From a virus (lineage: Duplodnaviria > Caudoviricetes): a stretch of 40,932 nucleotides of DNA. The notes under the pieces were generated by a model. That model was not told the origin of the DNA. It ran no database searches and was given only the letters and a program-made list of their open reading frames with translations. Positions 26,813 to 34,785 of this stretch are shown one piece after another; the first letter of the stretch is position 1, and each line of letters begins with the position of its first letter. The stretch is from positions 1 to 40,932 of the IMG/VR virus record IMGVR_UViG_3300014202_000363; one strand, written 5' to 3'. The translations under genes and the position numbers were made by a program.

Positions 26813-27132
26813 TACTTAATCCTCAAGTTAGAAACACTGTTGTCCTCTTTATCACCGGAAACGTGCTCTACATCAGTAGTCCCTAAGAATGTGAGTCCTA
26901 TTAACCTATGAACCCTCTTCCCATAATAGTACGTCCCTTGTGCAATTCTAACAGATAAAGTCTTGTCCTCATAGTCATGGTAGGACGGCTTTAACATCTG
27001 CTCATTGTAGGTTCGCTTCATTGGCTTGCCCTTGCGCTCAAGCACCTCTACCCTTGATAGCCTTTTAATTCTGCCTAAACTACTCGCCTGATATGTCGGG
27101 TGATTGGGTATATCCTTCCAAATCTCTTCCAT
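26812..27132 (-). CDS. NUMOD4-motif protein with degenerate HNH
   Basis: MEEIWKDIPNHPTYQASSLGRIK (NUMOD4); VHRL...VEHVSGDKEDNSVSNL. Confidence 0.85.
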   Translation of the reverse strand: MEEIWKDIPNHPTYQASSLGRIKRLSRVEVLERKGKPMKRTYNEQMLKPSYHDYEDKTLSVRIAQGTYYYGKRVHRLIGLTFLGTTDVEHVSGDKEDNSVSNLRIK

Positions 27133-27853
27133 GTCGTTTCTTAACTCCTTCAAGTGTTCTTTTAATTCTCATGCTGATAGCAGCTTCTCCGCATCCTAGA
27201 TAGTGGCCTATCTCACGCATAGTAAATCCATACTTATAAACAAGAACCACAACAAGGCCACTCCAAGACTTAGGCAGAAGTCCATAGGTGTCTTCGGTTT
27301 GAGGCTCATAGGTTTTATCATGAACCTTCCCATCGGCGTGCGTGTTCTTCTCGCCTCGTGATTTGTGAGTATCTCTTCCGTACCTCTCACGCATAAAGTC
27401 TGCATAGGCTGTATGGAAAAAGATGTTCTTCTGATTAGTGATGAATCTCTCGACGCAGTATGAAGCGAACTCTTCTGCTGTTTCTATTCTGGAGCCAGCT
27501 TGAACCATTGCGTGAGTTATTGCAGACCTTCTTAGTCGCGGCTCTCTATCTATAAAGGATTGCTCTAGCTTCCTGTACCGCTTCATGCATCTAGATACTT
27601 GATCTTTAGTTAGGTTAAACTCTTTCATAGCAGCACGCTGGCCGTTTAGTTTCGAGTACCTAACTACCTTTAAAACTTCCGACACTGGCCTAAAGTGACT
27701 TCTCTTTGGTGTTACCTTATTCTTTTTTAAGACGTACCAAACACGGTTCTTATCGACGTTCATATGTTTAGCAATCTGATGACCGTTCATGCTCTCAGCA
27801 AGACGGATAACTTCGCTAACAAACTCAGGATCAAGCGGCTTATTCAAGGGCAT
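27080..27853 (-). CDS. Multi-HTH regulator with sigma70 region-4-like C-terminus
   Basis: YGFTMREIGHYLGCGEAAISMRIKR at C-terminus; two further HTH-like segments at N-terminus. Confidence 0.7.
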   Translation of the reverse strand: MPLNKPLDPEFVSEVIRLAESMNGHQIAKHMNVDKNRVWYVLKKNKVTPKRSHFRPVSEVLKVVRYSKLNGQRAAMKEFNLTKDQVSRCMKRYRKLEQSFIDREPRLRRSAITHAMVQAGSRIETAEEFASYCVERFITNQKNIFFHTAYADFMRERYGRDTHKSRGEKNTHADGKVHDKTYEPQTEDTYGLLPKSWSGLVVVLVYKYGFTMREIGHYLGCGEAAISMRIKRTLEGVKKRHGRDLEGYTQSPDISGE

Positions 27854-28011
27854 ACGATTACTTTATGCCCTCCTTGCATACGCCAGTTACAAGTGAATGG
27901 ATATTGGATCTCTTGCTCCTGAATCCTGTGAGGATTCGGAACCGTGGTGCATCCTGTGTTCAGGAATAGGACTGCAAATGTTATTGTCAGGAACCAGATC
28001 AGGGGTTTCAT
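27844..28011 (-). CDS. Small lipoprotein (55 aa), not in ORF track
   Basis: MKPLIWFLTITFAVLFLNTGCTT; ATGA overlap with methylase stop. Confidence 0.7.
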   Translation of the reverse strand: MKPLIWFLTITFAVLFLNTGCTTVPNPHRIQEQEIQYPFTCNWRMQGGHKVIVCP

Positions 28012-28478
28012 TTTTTATTACCTATCATCGCAATTCCAGCGCCCAACTTATCCCAATCAGGAATAGTACCAAAAGACAACAACATACTTGGTGCCCCGCT
28101 CGTATATTTACCTGGCTTTAAGTCTTTGTCTAAAAACCTAATTCGACCACTCAAGAAAAACGCACTAGAGCAAGCATTCAGCGCTTTCTGCGCCCATCTT
28201 GTCTCAGTCCTTGCGAACACAAGTGCAACGCCATTGTTGTGCTGAATCATCTTATCCATCCAAAGGTCGACTTGAGAGTAAGGCGGGTTAAGCCACACTC
28301 GACCAAACCATAAACTTTCGAGACCATTCTCCGTAAAGATTACATTGCCAGTCTTATGATAACTCTCGCCACAAGGATCCAAATCAAACTTGCCAAGACT
28401 GTGAACAATCTCGAGCGGAGTAAGCCAGACATCAGTTCCGGTCTTTGCGCTCGGACGTTCATGATCGCCGATACCCAT
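28008..28478 (-). CDS. Phage DNA N6-adenine methyltransferase (Dam family)
   Basis: WLTP, FDLDPC, WLNPPYS, ARTETRW, GRIRF motifs. Confidence 0.93.
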   Translation of the reverse strand: MGIGDHERPSAKTGTDVWLTPLEIVHSLGKFDLDPCGESYHKTGNVIFTENGLESLWFGRVWLNPPYSQVDLWMDKMIQHNNGVALVFARTETRWAQKALNACSSAFFLSGRIRFLDKDLKPGKYTSGAPSMLLSFGTIPDWDKLGAGIAMIGNKK

Positions 28479-28657
28479 TATTCTGCACCTATAATCCTTT
28501 CTTTCCCTTTTAATCCACTTAAAACATGAATAAATTCGTTCAAGGTTTTTGACATTCCGTAAACTTCATTGTCACCAGTCCAAGCATATATGCGGTCACA
28601 TAAAGAGGATGCTAGTGCAAGGCATGAGCACGCGACAGTTATCATTTCATTTTTCAT
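28478..28657 (-). CDS. Hypothetical protein (59 aa), not in ORF track
   Basis: ATGA and TAATG overlaps on both sides; MKNEMITVACSCLALASS... Confidence 0.55.
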   Translation of the reverse strand: MKNEMITVACSCLALASSLCDRIYAWTGDNEVYGMSKTLNEFIHVLSGLKGKERIIGAE

Positions 28658-28881
28658 TCTATGTCACCAAGACTAAACCATTTGTTCACCCAGGACTGGA
28701 AAAACGCTAAGAGGAAAGCCTTTTTTTCTCCACTCGTTTTATTTGTCATTAAAACCTGTCCGCCGTCTTTTTTTATAGCCAGTATGACAATGGATTCTAA
28801 ATTGGAAACATCGTGAGTTTCCTTAAATAACTCAATTGTTTCTAAAACGTCAGAATTAAAGTTTCTCTCTATTACCTTCAC
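28654..28881 (-). CDS. Hypothetical protein
   Basis: GTG start after GAGG. Confidence 0.7.
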   Translation of the reverse strand: MKVIERNFNSDVLETIELFKETHDVSNLESIVILAIKKDGGQVLMTNKTSGEKKAFLLAFFQSWVNKWFSLGDIE

Positions 28882-28883
28882 TG

Positions 28884-29138
28884 TTAACCTCTGATCTTTG
28901 CTAAGGCTTCGCGTGCTAGATCACGTCTTCTTTTTGTAGATTTTAAGAAGAAATCGCTCATACTTTCCCATTCTTCGTGATTGGCTTCCTCGATGATTGG
29001 GCATGGTTTTGCTATTTCATCTAAAATAGTTTTCGCCACTCTCAACTTTTCTTCTAATTCCTCGATTCGGGATTCTATTTTACAAATATTACACTCCTCA
29101 ACCGGATAGACTTGATTATTTGGGCAATCGTGTTTCAT
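28884..29138 (-). CDS. Hypothetical protein ending AREALAKIRG
   Basis: ATGA overlap; CxxC and coiled coil. Confidence 0.7.
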   Translation of the reverse strand: MKHDCPNNQVYPVEECNICKIESRIEELEEKLRVAKTILDEIAKPCPIIEEANHEEWESMSDFFLKSTKRRRDLAREALAKIRG

Positions 29139-29177
29139 CCCTCTTTCCCCCTGATCTTAGCTAAGGCTTCGCGTGCT
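28891..29177. repeat. 27-bp direct repeat pair (28891-28917 and 29151-29177)
   Basis: CTGATCTT(T/A)GCTAAGGCTTCGCGTGCT, one mismatch; encodes AREALAKIR in two adjacent genes. Confidence 0.9.
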
Positions 29178-29269
29178 TGTTTGACATCTAAAAAATGCTC
29201 ATCTTTCCATCCGTTTTCTCCTACATAAATATTATCAAGCGCAATTAAGTCCAAAGCCTCACACGCCAT
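29135..29269 (-). CDS. Short or 5'-truncated paralogue ending AREALAKIRG
   Basis: MACEALDLIA...AREALAKIRGKEG; start lies within the GYG repeat. Confidence 0.5.
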   Translation of the reverse strand: MACEALDLIALDNIYVGENGWKDEHFLDVKQAREALAKIRGKEG

Positions 29270-29519
29270 AGCCAGAGCCACCAGAGCCATAGCCAGAGCC
29301 ATCGCCATAGCCATAGCCAGAGCCAACGCCATCGCCATAGCCATAGCCATAGCCAGAGCCATCGCCATAGCCAGAGCCAGAGCCATAGCCAGAGCCATCG
29401 CCATAGCCAGAGCCAGAGCCACCAGAGCCATAGCCAGAGCCATCGCCATAGCCATAGCCAGAGCCAACGCCATCGCCATAGCCAGAGCCAGAGCCAATGT
29501 TTTCTTTTATGCTCTCCAT
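29259..29519 (-). CDS. Gly-Tyr/Ser/Asp low-complexity repeat protein
   Basis: GSGYGDG repeats; overlaps the end of the DUF6948-like gene. Confidence 0.75.
   Translation of the reverse strand: MESIKENIGSGSGYGDGVGSGYGYGDGSGYGSGGSGSGYGDGSGYGSGSGYGDGSGYGYGYGDGVGSGYGYGDGSGYGSGGSGYGV
29265..29496. repeat. Degenerate hexanucleotide tandem repeat (GCCATA/GCCAGA/GCCATC)
   Basis: Directly visible; includes a duplicated 24-codon block. Confidence 0.95.
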
Positions 29520-29809
29520 TCAGGAACCGCCTTTATAGCTTTAATTGCCGCTGGCCTACACTCAGCAATCTCAAATCCTTGCGGGCTGACGATTTCAGTT
29601 TTTAAAACAGGACCGCCAAATTTATTGTCGCCAGTCGCTGGACCATGATTTGCCACTTCTGACAAGCTTCCTCCAAACCATTTCCAAAGACGACGTGACT
29701 CGGAAAGAGTAACTGTGTCTCCTTTTCGGCTTTCTAAATAACCTGCGTGAACTCCTGCTGTGTGTGCTCTTACAATTACATACGGTTTCTTTTTTGTTTT
29801 TGATTTCAT
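29507..29809 (-). CDS. DUF6948-like small beta-barrel protein
   Basis: YVIVRAHTAGVHAGYL...RRLWKW...SLSEVA pattern, usually paired with a Gly-rich gene in phages. Confidence 0.65.
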   Translation of the reverse strand: MKSKTKKKPYVIVRAHTAGVHAGYLESRKGDTVTLSESRRLWKWFGGSLSEVANHGPATGDNKFGGPVLKTEIVSPQGFEIAECRPAAIKAIKAVPEWRA

Positions 29810-30099
29810 TTCTTACTCCTTTTTGTTTGTTTATTTTTCTTCAACCACCGCTTGGCTGCGGCTTGCATGAATAGGTCTACTATAGGTGAGCTAGTTTTAT
29901 CTGTTTTGTGCGCGAATGATTTCACCTCCTCTAAAGAATAAACTTCACTCAAAATTAAATCCTCAAGCATCAAATCATAATGATGATTCAAAATCTGAAT
30001 TGCATCGTGGATCTTTGCTTGCGACTTTCCACCTTCTAGTTTGCATAGGTAGCCAACGTGCCCGCGAACGGTTTTGAACCGTTTCATTTTAGTTTTCAT
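29806..30099 (-). CDS. Hypothetical protein
   Basis: ATG 30099 after GGGAGG. Confidence 0.65.
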   Translation of the reverse strand: MKTKMKRFKTVRGHVGYLCKLEGGKSQAKIHDAIQILNHHYDLMLEDLILSEVYSLEEVKSFAHKTDKTSSPIVDLFMQAAAKRWLKKNKQTKRSKK

Positions 30100-30523
30100 T
30101 TTTAAAGTACCTCCCAAACATTCTTTCGAAGTATTGCTTTTTACTTAAAAGATCGCTTATTTCAGCTTCCTTTTTTTCTATTTCTCTATTGAATTTTGAA
30201 ATCACATCCTCTTTTTCAATTCCAAGATCATCAGGATCGTGCGGACATATTTCCACGTCCGTTGTTTTAAAGTTTATATAAACAAAGTTCACAGCCGCAG
30301 AGTAAGAACTTGGATCTAAGTACGCGACAATAATTGTAGGTAATTCTTTAAACTCATCAAATCCTACAATCATACCGAAGTAAGATTCATAAGAATCACC
30401 ATATTTCTTCTTTAAAATCTTAACAGCATCACCAACTTTAAATTGGTCAACACGCTTGGCAGTTCTTAAATCAACCTCAATTTTAATTCCATTAATTTCA
30501 ACTATTCTCAAATGTTCACTCAT
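30089..30523 (-). CDS. Conserved-looking phage hypothetical protein (SH3-like plus coiled coil)
   Basis: IVEINGIKIEVDLRTAKRVDQFKVGD. Confidence 0.75.
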   Translation of the reverse strand: MSEHLRIVEINGIKIEVDLRTAKRVDQFKVGDAVKILKKKYGDSYESYFGMIVGFDEFKELPTIIVAYLDPSSYSAAVNFVYINFKTTDVEICPHDPDDLGIEKEDVISKFNREIEKKEAEISDLLSKKQYFERMFGRYFKNEN

Positions 30524-30674
30524 CTTTAATCATTCCTTTTTCTTTTAGTGTTTTGATTGTTTCTTCTAGCAAATAAATAGATTTATCCAATACGTCCTCT
30601 TTATTGAAAGTAGTATTTGCATAGATATTCGCTGCCATCGTCGCTACTAACTTAATCTTTTCATCGTCAGTCAT
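30516..30674 (-). CDS. Hypothetical protein (52 aa), not in ORF track
   Basis: MTDDEKIKLVATMAANIYAN...; overlaps both neighbours. Confidence 0.55.
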   Translation of the reverse strand: MTDDEKIKLVATMAANIYANTTFNKEDVLDKSIYLLEETIKTLKEKGMIKDE

Positions 30675-31053
30675 TTTTAATACTACCTTTCTTTGTTTTG
30701 ACGTGACAAGGGTAACACCTTGTATACTCTTTAAAAGAGTAAAGATGAATTATCTCTTCAGAACAATCGACGCATTTTGTTTTTTTAAGTTTAGCCCTGC
30801 ATTCTTCGCAATGTTTATAATACATAAGAGTGCCGTTTTTGTTTTTATCTGAACTCAAAATATAAGTATCAGCTTCTTTCCTGCAAACTATACACAGTTT
30901 TTTAACGCTAGATGCTGCGTTATTATCTTTTTCCGATCCTGAAAGATTCCTTAAATATTTAGCAGAGACTCTTTTATCGGTGGCAAACCGTTCAATTCTT
31001 TCTCGATTTTTTTCCACTCTATCTAATATTTTTCTTCCAATGTACTGACTCAT
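30667..31053 (-). CDS. Zinc-finger protein
   Basis: Four CxxC pairs. Confidence 0.7.
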   Translation of the reverse strand: MSQYIGRKILDRVEKNRERIERFATDKRVSAKYLRNLSGSEKDNNAASSVKKLCIVCRKEADTYILSSDKNKNGTLMYYKHCEECRAKLKKTKCVDCSEEIIHLYSFKEYTRCYPCHVKTKKGSIKND

Positions 31054-31054
31054 A

Positions 31055-31234
31055 TCAATCCACCTTCACGCAAACAAAATCAATTTCTTTAACGGTAGTT
31101 GTAGCCATGCTTCTAGCCTTCTCGCCAGCAAACTTACATAGCTCATAGGTTTTAAACCCGCTCACCGAAGTGAGCGAGTTACTGTTTCCGCTACTCATGA
31201 TCCCAACATGAGCGAATAATATTAAAACAAACAT
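31055..31234 (-). CDS. Small exported-type protein (59 aa), not in ORF track
   Basis: MFVLILFAHVGIM...FKTYELCKFAG...FVCVKVD. Confidence 0.6.
   Translation of the reverse strand: MFVLILFAHVGIMSSGNSNSLTSVSGFKTYELCKFAGEKARSMATTTVKEIDFVCVKVD
31155..31180 (-). promoter_or_regulatory. 11-bp hairpin with cUUCGg tetraloop
   Basis: Minus strand AACTCGCTCAC-TTCG-GTGAGCGGGTT with one U-G pair. Confidence 0.6.
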
Positions 31235-31235
31235 C

Positions 31236-31712
31236 CTATTCTTCCCCCAAGATCACACTTCGATCAAAGTCTGGAGCCACTGGATACACAGAGCGCACGT
31301 TCCCATAGTTTGAGCCTTCCTTGCGAACATACTCAACCTCAACGATTGAATCTAAAAACATCTCTGGATAGATTCTCTCGCCTGGCTTTAGTCCTGGTAG
31401 AGTTGCTTTCAAAAAATGCTCGAACGCCCATCGAAAATCTTTTTGAAGTTTATCTTTAGGCTTCTCAACCATGTAATCAGCCCAAAGATACTGACCGCGA
31501 AACTCGCCCGCAATCACTCGATAGCCAACATGAAGTCCTAAGTGATTTGGGTACAGTCCTTTGTCTTTGCGTTTGAACATGCACTTTTTAATCACGCAAA
31601 CATATCGACCAGTGGGAACATCTAACTTAATGTACTCTCCAACAGGTGCTTGTTCGTATTCAATATCAACTGGGATACTGTTATCAGGAAATTCATTTTC
31701 TGTGTTATTCAT
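31236..31712 (-). CDS. Putative ssDNA-binding protein (DUF669-like)
   Basis: VPTGRYVCVI...GEFRGQYLW...YGNVRSV; follows Sak4-like gene. Confidence 0.65.
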   Translation of the reverse strand: MNNTENEFPDNSIPVDIEYEQAPVGEYIKLDVPTGRYVCVIKKCMFKRKDKGLYPNHLGLHVGYRVIAGEFRGQYLWADYMVEKPKDKLQKDFRWAFEHFLKATLPGLKPGERIYPEMFLDSIVEVEYVRKEGSNYGNVRSVYPVAPDFDRSVILGEE

Positions 31713-31713
31713 A

Positions 31714-32454
31714 CTATTTCTCTCCTTTGTTTATAAAATCTACTACTTTACCTAAATCTAACTCGATCATGTTGGGTAGACCTTGAATCTGAGTTCTTGT
31801 GATATACCGTTCATGATTCATTATCGCCATATAACGAAGAACTCCTTCCTTGTCCTTCATCTTTGTTGTCCACCATACTTCATGAAAGATGCGCGGAACA
31901 TAATCTACTAACTGACCAGAGAGTAATGGCTTCTTACCAATCACCGCGCCATCCTCGTTTTTAAGATCCTGCGAGTGAGCGACGCAAATCACATGAGCAT
32001 CAATTGTAAGTAACCTTCCCATGTCCTGCTTAAACATCATATTCATGACGCCATAATCTCGGAGTGACGGAACATCTTTAATAGCTCTGCGCTCATTCGG
32101 ATTAACTTCCTTAATTACATAGGCCATGAGTGCTTCAGAGTATAAGGTCAATGAATCAACTGTGATAACGTCTGGAATATCCTTACCAGCTTCAAGTCTA
32201 GATAACCAAAGCCTGAAACTCTTATAAGCTGCCGCCTTGTCTCCAATGCCGAACTGCTCCACATCCACTCGGTCTAACACCGATGGGTCTGAGTTTTTTT
32301 TGAAGATAGCAGCACTGATTGCTTTGTTATCAAAGTCTCCTATTGATATCCGACCTGGTAGACTCACGGTAGCGCAAGTCTTGCCACTTCCTGATTCACC
32401 GATTAATAGTAGTTTCAGCTTTTGTTTTGTCAAAAGACTGCCTAGCTTTGCCAT
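31714..32454 (-). CDS. Sak4-like AAA ATPase/recombinase (AAA_24)
   Basis: LIGESGSGKT Walker A, VITVDSLT Walker B, CVAH. Confidence 0.85.
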   Translation of the reverse strand: MAKLGSLLTKQKLKLLLIGESGSGKTCATVSLPGRISIGDFDNKAISAAIFKKNSDPSVLDRVDVEQFGIGDKAAAYKSFRLWLSRLEAGKDIPDVITVDSLTLYSEALMAYVIKEVNPNERRAIKDVPSLRDYGVMNMMFKQDMGRLLTIDAHVICVAHSQDLKNEDGAVIGKKPLLSGQLVDYVPRIFHEVWWTTKMKDKEGVLRYMAIMNHERYITRTQIQGLPNMIELDLGKVVDFINKGEK

Positions 32455-32617
32455 TTAATACTCCTTTATTCTGGATGTTTTGATTAAAGTATTCAGCCAG
32501 ATCATCCACTAACTGACTGCAAGTATTTATATTCTGACCACCGAATTGACGACGGAGCTTCTCAAGCTCGTTGTATAAACAACTAAACGTCCATTCTATT
32601 TCATTCTTCGATGACAT
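32396..32617 (-). CDS. Hypothetical protein
   Basis: Fills the gap between nuclease and Sak4 genes; SD AAGGA. Confidence 0.55.
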   Translation of the reverse strand: MSSKNEIEWTFSCLYNELEKLRRQFGGQNINTCSQLVDDLAEYFNQNIQNKGVLNGKARQSFDKTKAETTINR

Positions 32618-33503
32618 AACTTTGTCCTTCTTTAAGTGAAGTTAAGATACTGGAAGCCTCGTCAAGCGAGGAAGCCCGACATACGTCGATGAATGAACAT
32701 CCTCCGTATGCTGAACACTCACTTGACAAGGCCCTAGGTAGATAGCCGTCATTACAACATGACAAGAATGACGACACCTTAGTAACTGAATCTTTAATAT
32801 ATGACTCGAATTGATAATCACTGATAAAGCCATTAAATCTAACCACGGTCTGCTTAGTTTTTGCGACCTGTAATCCATTGATAATGTACTTATTAACTTT
32901 CTTCCCAGTCAATTGAGATAAGCCAAAGCAGTATCCCATCATCTGAGAAGACAAGGAGTGCTTGTTTAGAAATTCATTCCCAAGCGTCCTGGTTGTCTTG
33001 TGGTCAACTACAATCAACTCACCAGTCGACGACTCTAAAACCATGTCAATTGTTCCAGTCAGAACATAATTAACTCCGTCCTTAGTGAACAATGGAACAT
33101 TAAACTCACGCTCTATAAATGGCCCCTGCTCATCAATGTAAACCCTAAAGTTCTCATCCACTCCGAATGTCTCGAAGTATGCGCGGAATATCTTTTCAGC
33201 AATGACCGAATTTCTCACATCATCACCTTCAAGTGTCCACACCGAGTTAAAAGCATCAACAAGGATTGATAGACTTCGATCACTCGCCTTGGATGAGTAG
33301 AAAGCAGCTAATGCCTTGTGAACTGCTGTACCGAACTGAGCGGCAAGTCCAGACTCCCGAACAATCTCTAGATGATGCTTGTAATACGCTTTAGTAAAGC
33401 ACGATAGATCACTAAGGCTTGATCCGCTTAGGTAGACCGTCTTTATATCGTTTTCTTCCTGGTATTGTAGTAATTTCTTTTTTGTCATGTTTTTTTCCTT
33501 CAT
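32601..33503 (-). CDS. PD-(D/E)XK exonuclease (Cas4/RecB-like, probable Fe-S)
   Basis: FGTAVHKAL, GTIDMV...VDHKT, QMMGY; one N-terminal Cys plus C-terminal Cys cluster. Confidence 0.9.
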   Translation of the reverse strand: MKEKNMTKKKLLQYQEENDIKTVYLSGSSLSDLSCFTKAYYKHHLEIVRESGLAAQFGTAVHKALAAFYSSKASDRSLSILVDAFNSVWTLEGDDVRNSVIAEKIFRAYFETFGVDENFRVYIDEQGPFIEREFNVPLFTKDGVNYVLTGTIDMVLESSTGELIVVDHKTTRTLGNEFLNKHSLSSQMMGYCFGLSQLTGKKVNKYIINGLQVAKTKQTVVRFNGFISDYQFESYIKDSVTKVSSFLSCCNDGYLPRALSSECSAYGGCSFIDVCRASSLDEASSILTSLKEGQSYVIEE

Positions 33504-33621
33504 ATGCGTGAATCATTTTATTTACAAGCGCGGAAAGTGTCTCCCCAAACTCTCCATGCTTCATTAGATTGTCGTAAACTTCCATGCGAATTCTAATAGT
33601 GCGATACTGAACTTTATCCAT
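33412..33621 (-). CDS. Ribbon-helix-helix-like DNA-binding protein
   Basis: YRTIRIRMEVYDNL...GETLSALVNKMI. Confidence 0.6.
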   Translation of the reverse strand: MDKVQYRTIRIRMEVYDNLMKHGEFGETLSALVNKMIHAYEGKKHDKKEITTIPGRKRYKDGLPKRIKP

Positions 33622-34030
33622 TTAAACCCTCGCTCTTTTTGAAATCGCTGATAACATCATTGTTTACGCCAATGCTTGACAGTTCGTCTAAAGTCTCTTC
33701 TGTAGTTTTTGTTTTACTGACCATTTTCTTAGCTCCCATAAGCTCAAGTAAACGGTCTTTACATACCTCTAGGAATTGATTCCTGATCTCTGGCGATAAC
33801 TCAAACTCCTTGCCACTAGAATCCTTAGCTAGAACCTTGAATGTCGCTAGATCAACGCCAGCCTTGCCCGTGATCAAATCGTTAGTGCTAAAAAATGAAA
33901 AAACAAAAGTCTCAGCGTGTTTTGAACCATAAGGCTTATATTCTTCAGCTGCTTGCCTGATTAAATCCTTTGCGCGATTAGCAGAGTTATCAGCAAAATC
34001 CCTTTGCTCTACATCTGCCCTTCTTTTCAT
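33614..34030 (-). CDS. Hypothetical protein
   Basis: Likely start MKRRADVE at 34030 (or 34051); upstream part of the tracked ORF is the divergent promoter region. Confidence 0.7.
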   Translation of the reverse strand: MKRRADVEQRDFADNSANRAKDLIRQAAEEYKPYGSKHAETFVFSFFSTNDLITGKAGVDLATFKVLAKDSSGKEFELSPEIRNQFLEVCKDRLLELMGAKKMVSKTKTTEETLDELSSIGVNNDVISDFKKSEGLNG

Positions 34031-34077
34031 CTTAGCAACAAATTGTGTCATATTGATATTAATTGCACAGTTTACAC

Positions 34078-34106
34078 TTGATCGCAATATCTTTTTTATG
34101 TAATCT
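34078..34106 (+). promoter_or_regulatory. Putative promoter for a leaderless transcript
   Basis: TTGATC-17 nt-TAATCT, 6 nt before ATG 34113; no SD. Confidence 0.5.
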
Positions 34107-34112
34107 AAACTT

Positions 34113-34370
34113 ATGGAATTACCTACCGCAGAATTGAAGTTTAAGTATCGAGGCAAAGACTACTCTGGAACAATTGCAATCCCAGAAACAATCGAGCAAG
34201 CGCAACTTTTCATGACTACAGAAGAGATATACGAGTGCTTTGTTCGTGGATACATCGAGGATCAAAAAAAGAAAATCAGGCTAAAACGAGTAAAGAAATA
34301 CGTCAAAGTTAAGCTCGAAGAACTAAGCCAAGAACAGCGTGAAACATTAAAAAGCATGGGGTTACTTTGA
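34113..34370 (+). CDS. Hypothetical protein
   Basis: 85-aa ORF coupled (TTGA) to the resolvase-like gene. Confidence 0.75.
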   Translation: MELPTAELKFKYRGKDYSGTIAIPETIEQAQLFMTTEEIYECFVRGYIEDQKKKIRLKRVKKYVKVKLEELSQEQRETLKSMGLL

Positions 34371-34768
34371 AAACATCTAGTTCAAAAGCAAAAGGGAGAA
34401 GACTCATCTTAAAACTACGCGAAGAGTTATTAAAACGTGCTCCACACCTAAAAGAAGACGACTTTCTAATCACCACAACCAGCGTGCCGGGCGAGGATCT
34501 TAAAATGTCCCCACTTGCGCGGGAAACTTATCCATATTCCTTTGAAGGAAAAAATACAGAAAAAATCAATATCTGGGCAGCATACGAACAAGCAAAAACC
34601 AATTGTGGCGACTATGCACCCATTGTTTGCTTCGGTCGTAATCGCTCAGTGCCAATGGTTGCCCTATCCCTTGATGATTTTTTGAATATTCTATTCCCTG
34701 AAGAACGGATAAAAAAAGATAGTCAAGAGGCCAGCCATAGCCAGCCCCCAGCTACCGAAAAGAAATAA
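34367..34768 (+). CDS. Holliday-junction-resolvase-like PD-(D/E)XK nuclease (T5 D14-like)
   Basis: MKTSSSKAKGRRL, GEDL, FEGKNTE, AYEQA motifs. Confidence 0.75.
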   Translation: MKTSSSKAKGRRLILKLREELLKRAPHLKEDDFLITTTSVPGEDLKMSPLARETYPYSFEGKNTEKINIWAAYEQAKTNCGDYAPIVCFGRNRSVPMVALSLDDFLNILFPEERIKKDSQEASHSQPPATEKK

Positions 34769-34785
34769 ATAAACTAGTTCCATGA

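Noticed and set aside
29265-29496. CRISPR array
   Set aside because: Continuous hexamer repeat with no unique spacers; it is coding low-complexity sequence.
29135-29497. 120-aa MALALAMAMA... ORF as a real membrane protein
   Set aside because: It is the alternative-frame reading of the GYG hexamer repeat; only the last 44 codons look like a genuine gene.
32601-33503. CRISPR-associated Cas4
   Set aside because: No array or other cas genes; context with Sak4 and SSB indicates a recombination exonuclease.
34031-34156. N-terminal extension of the 33614..34156 ORF
   Set aside because: It overlaps the divergent gene and its promoter; a start at 34030 or 34051 is more plausible.
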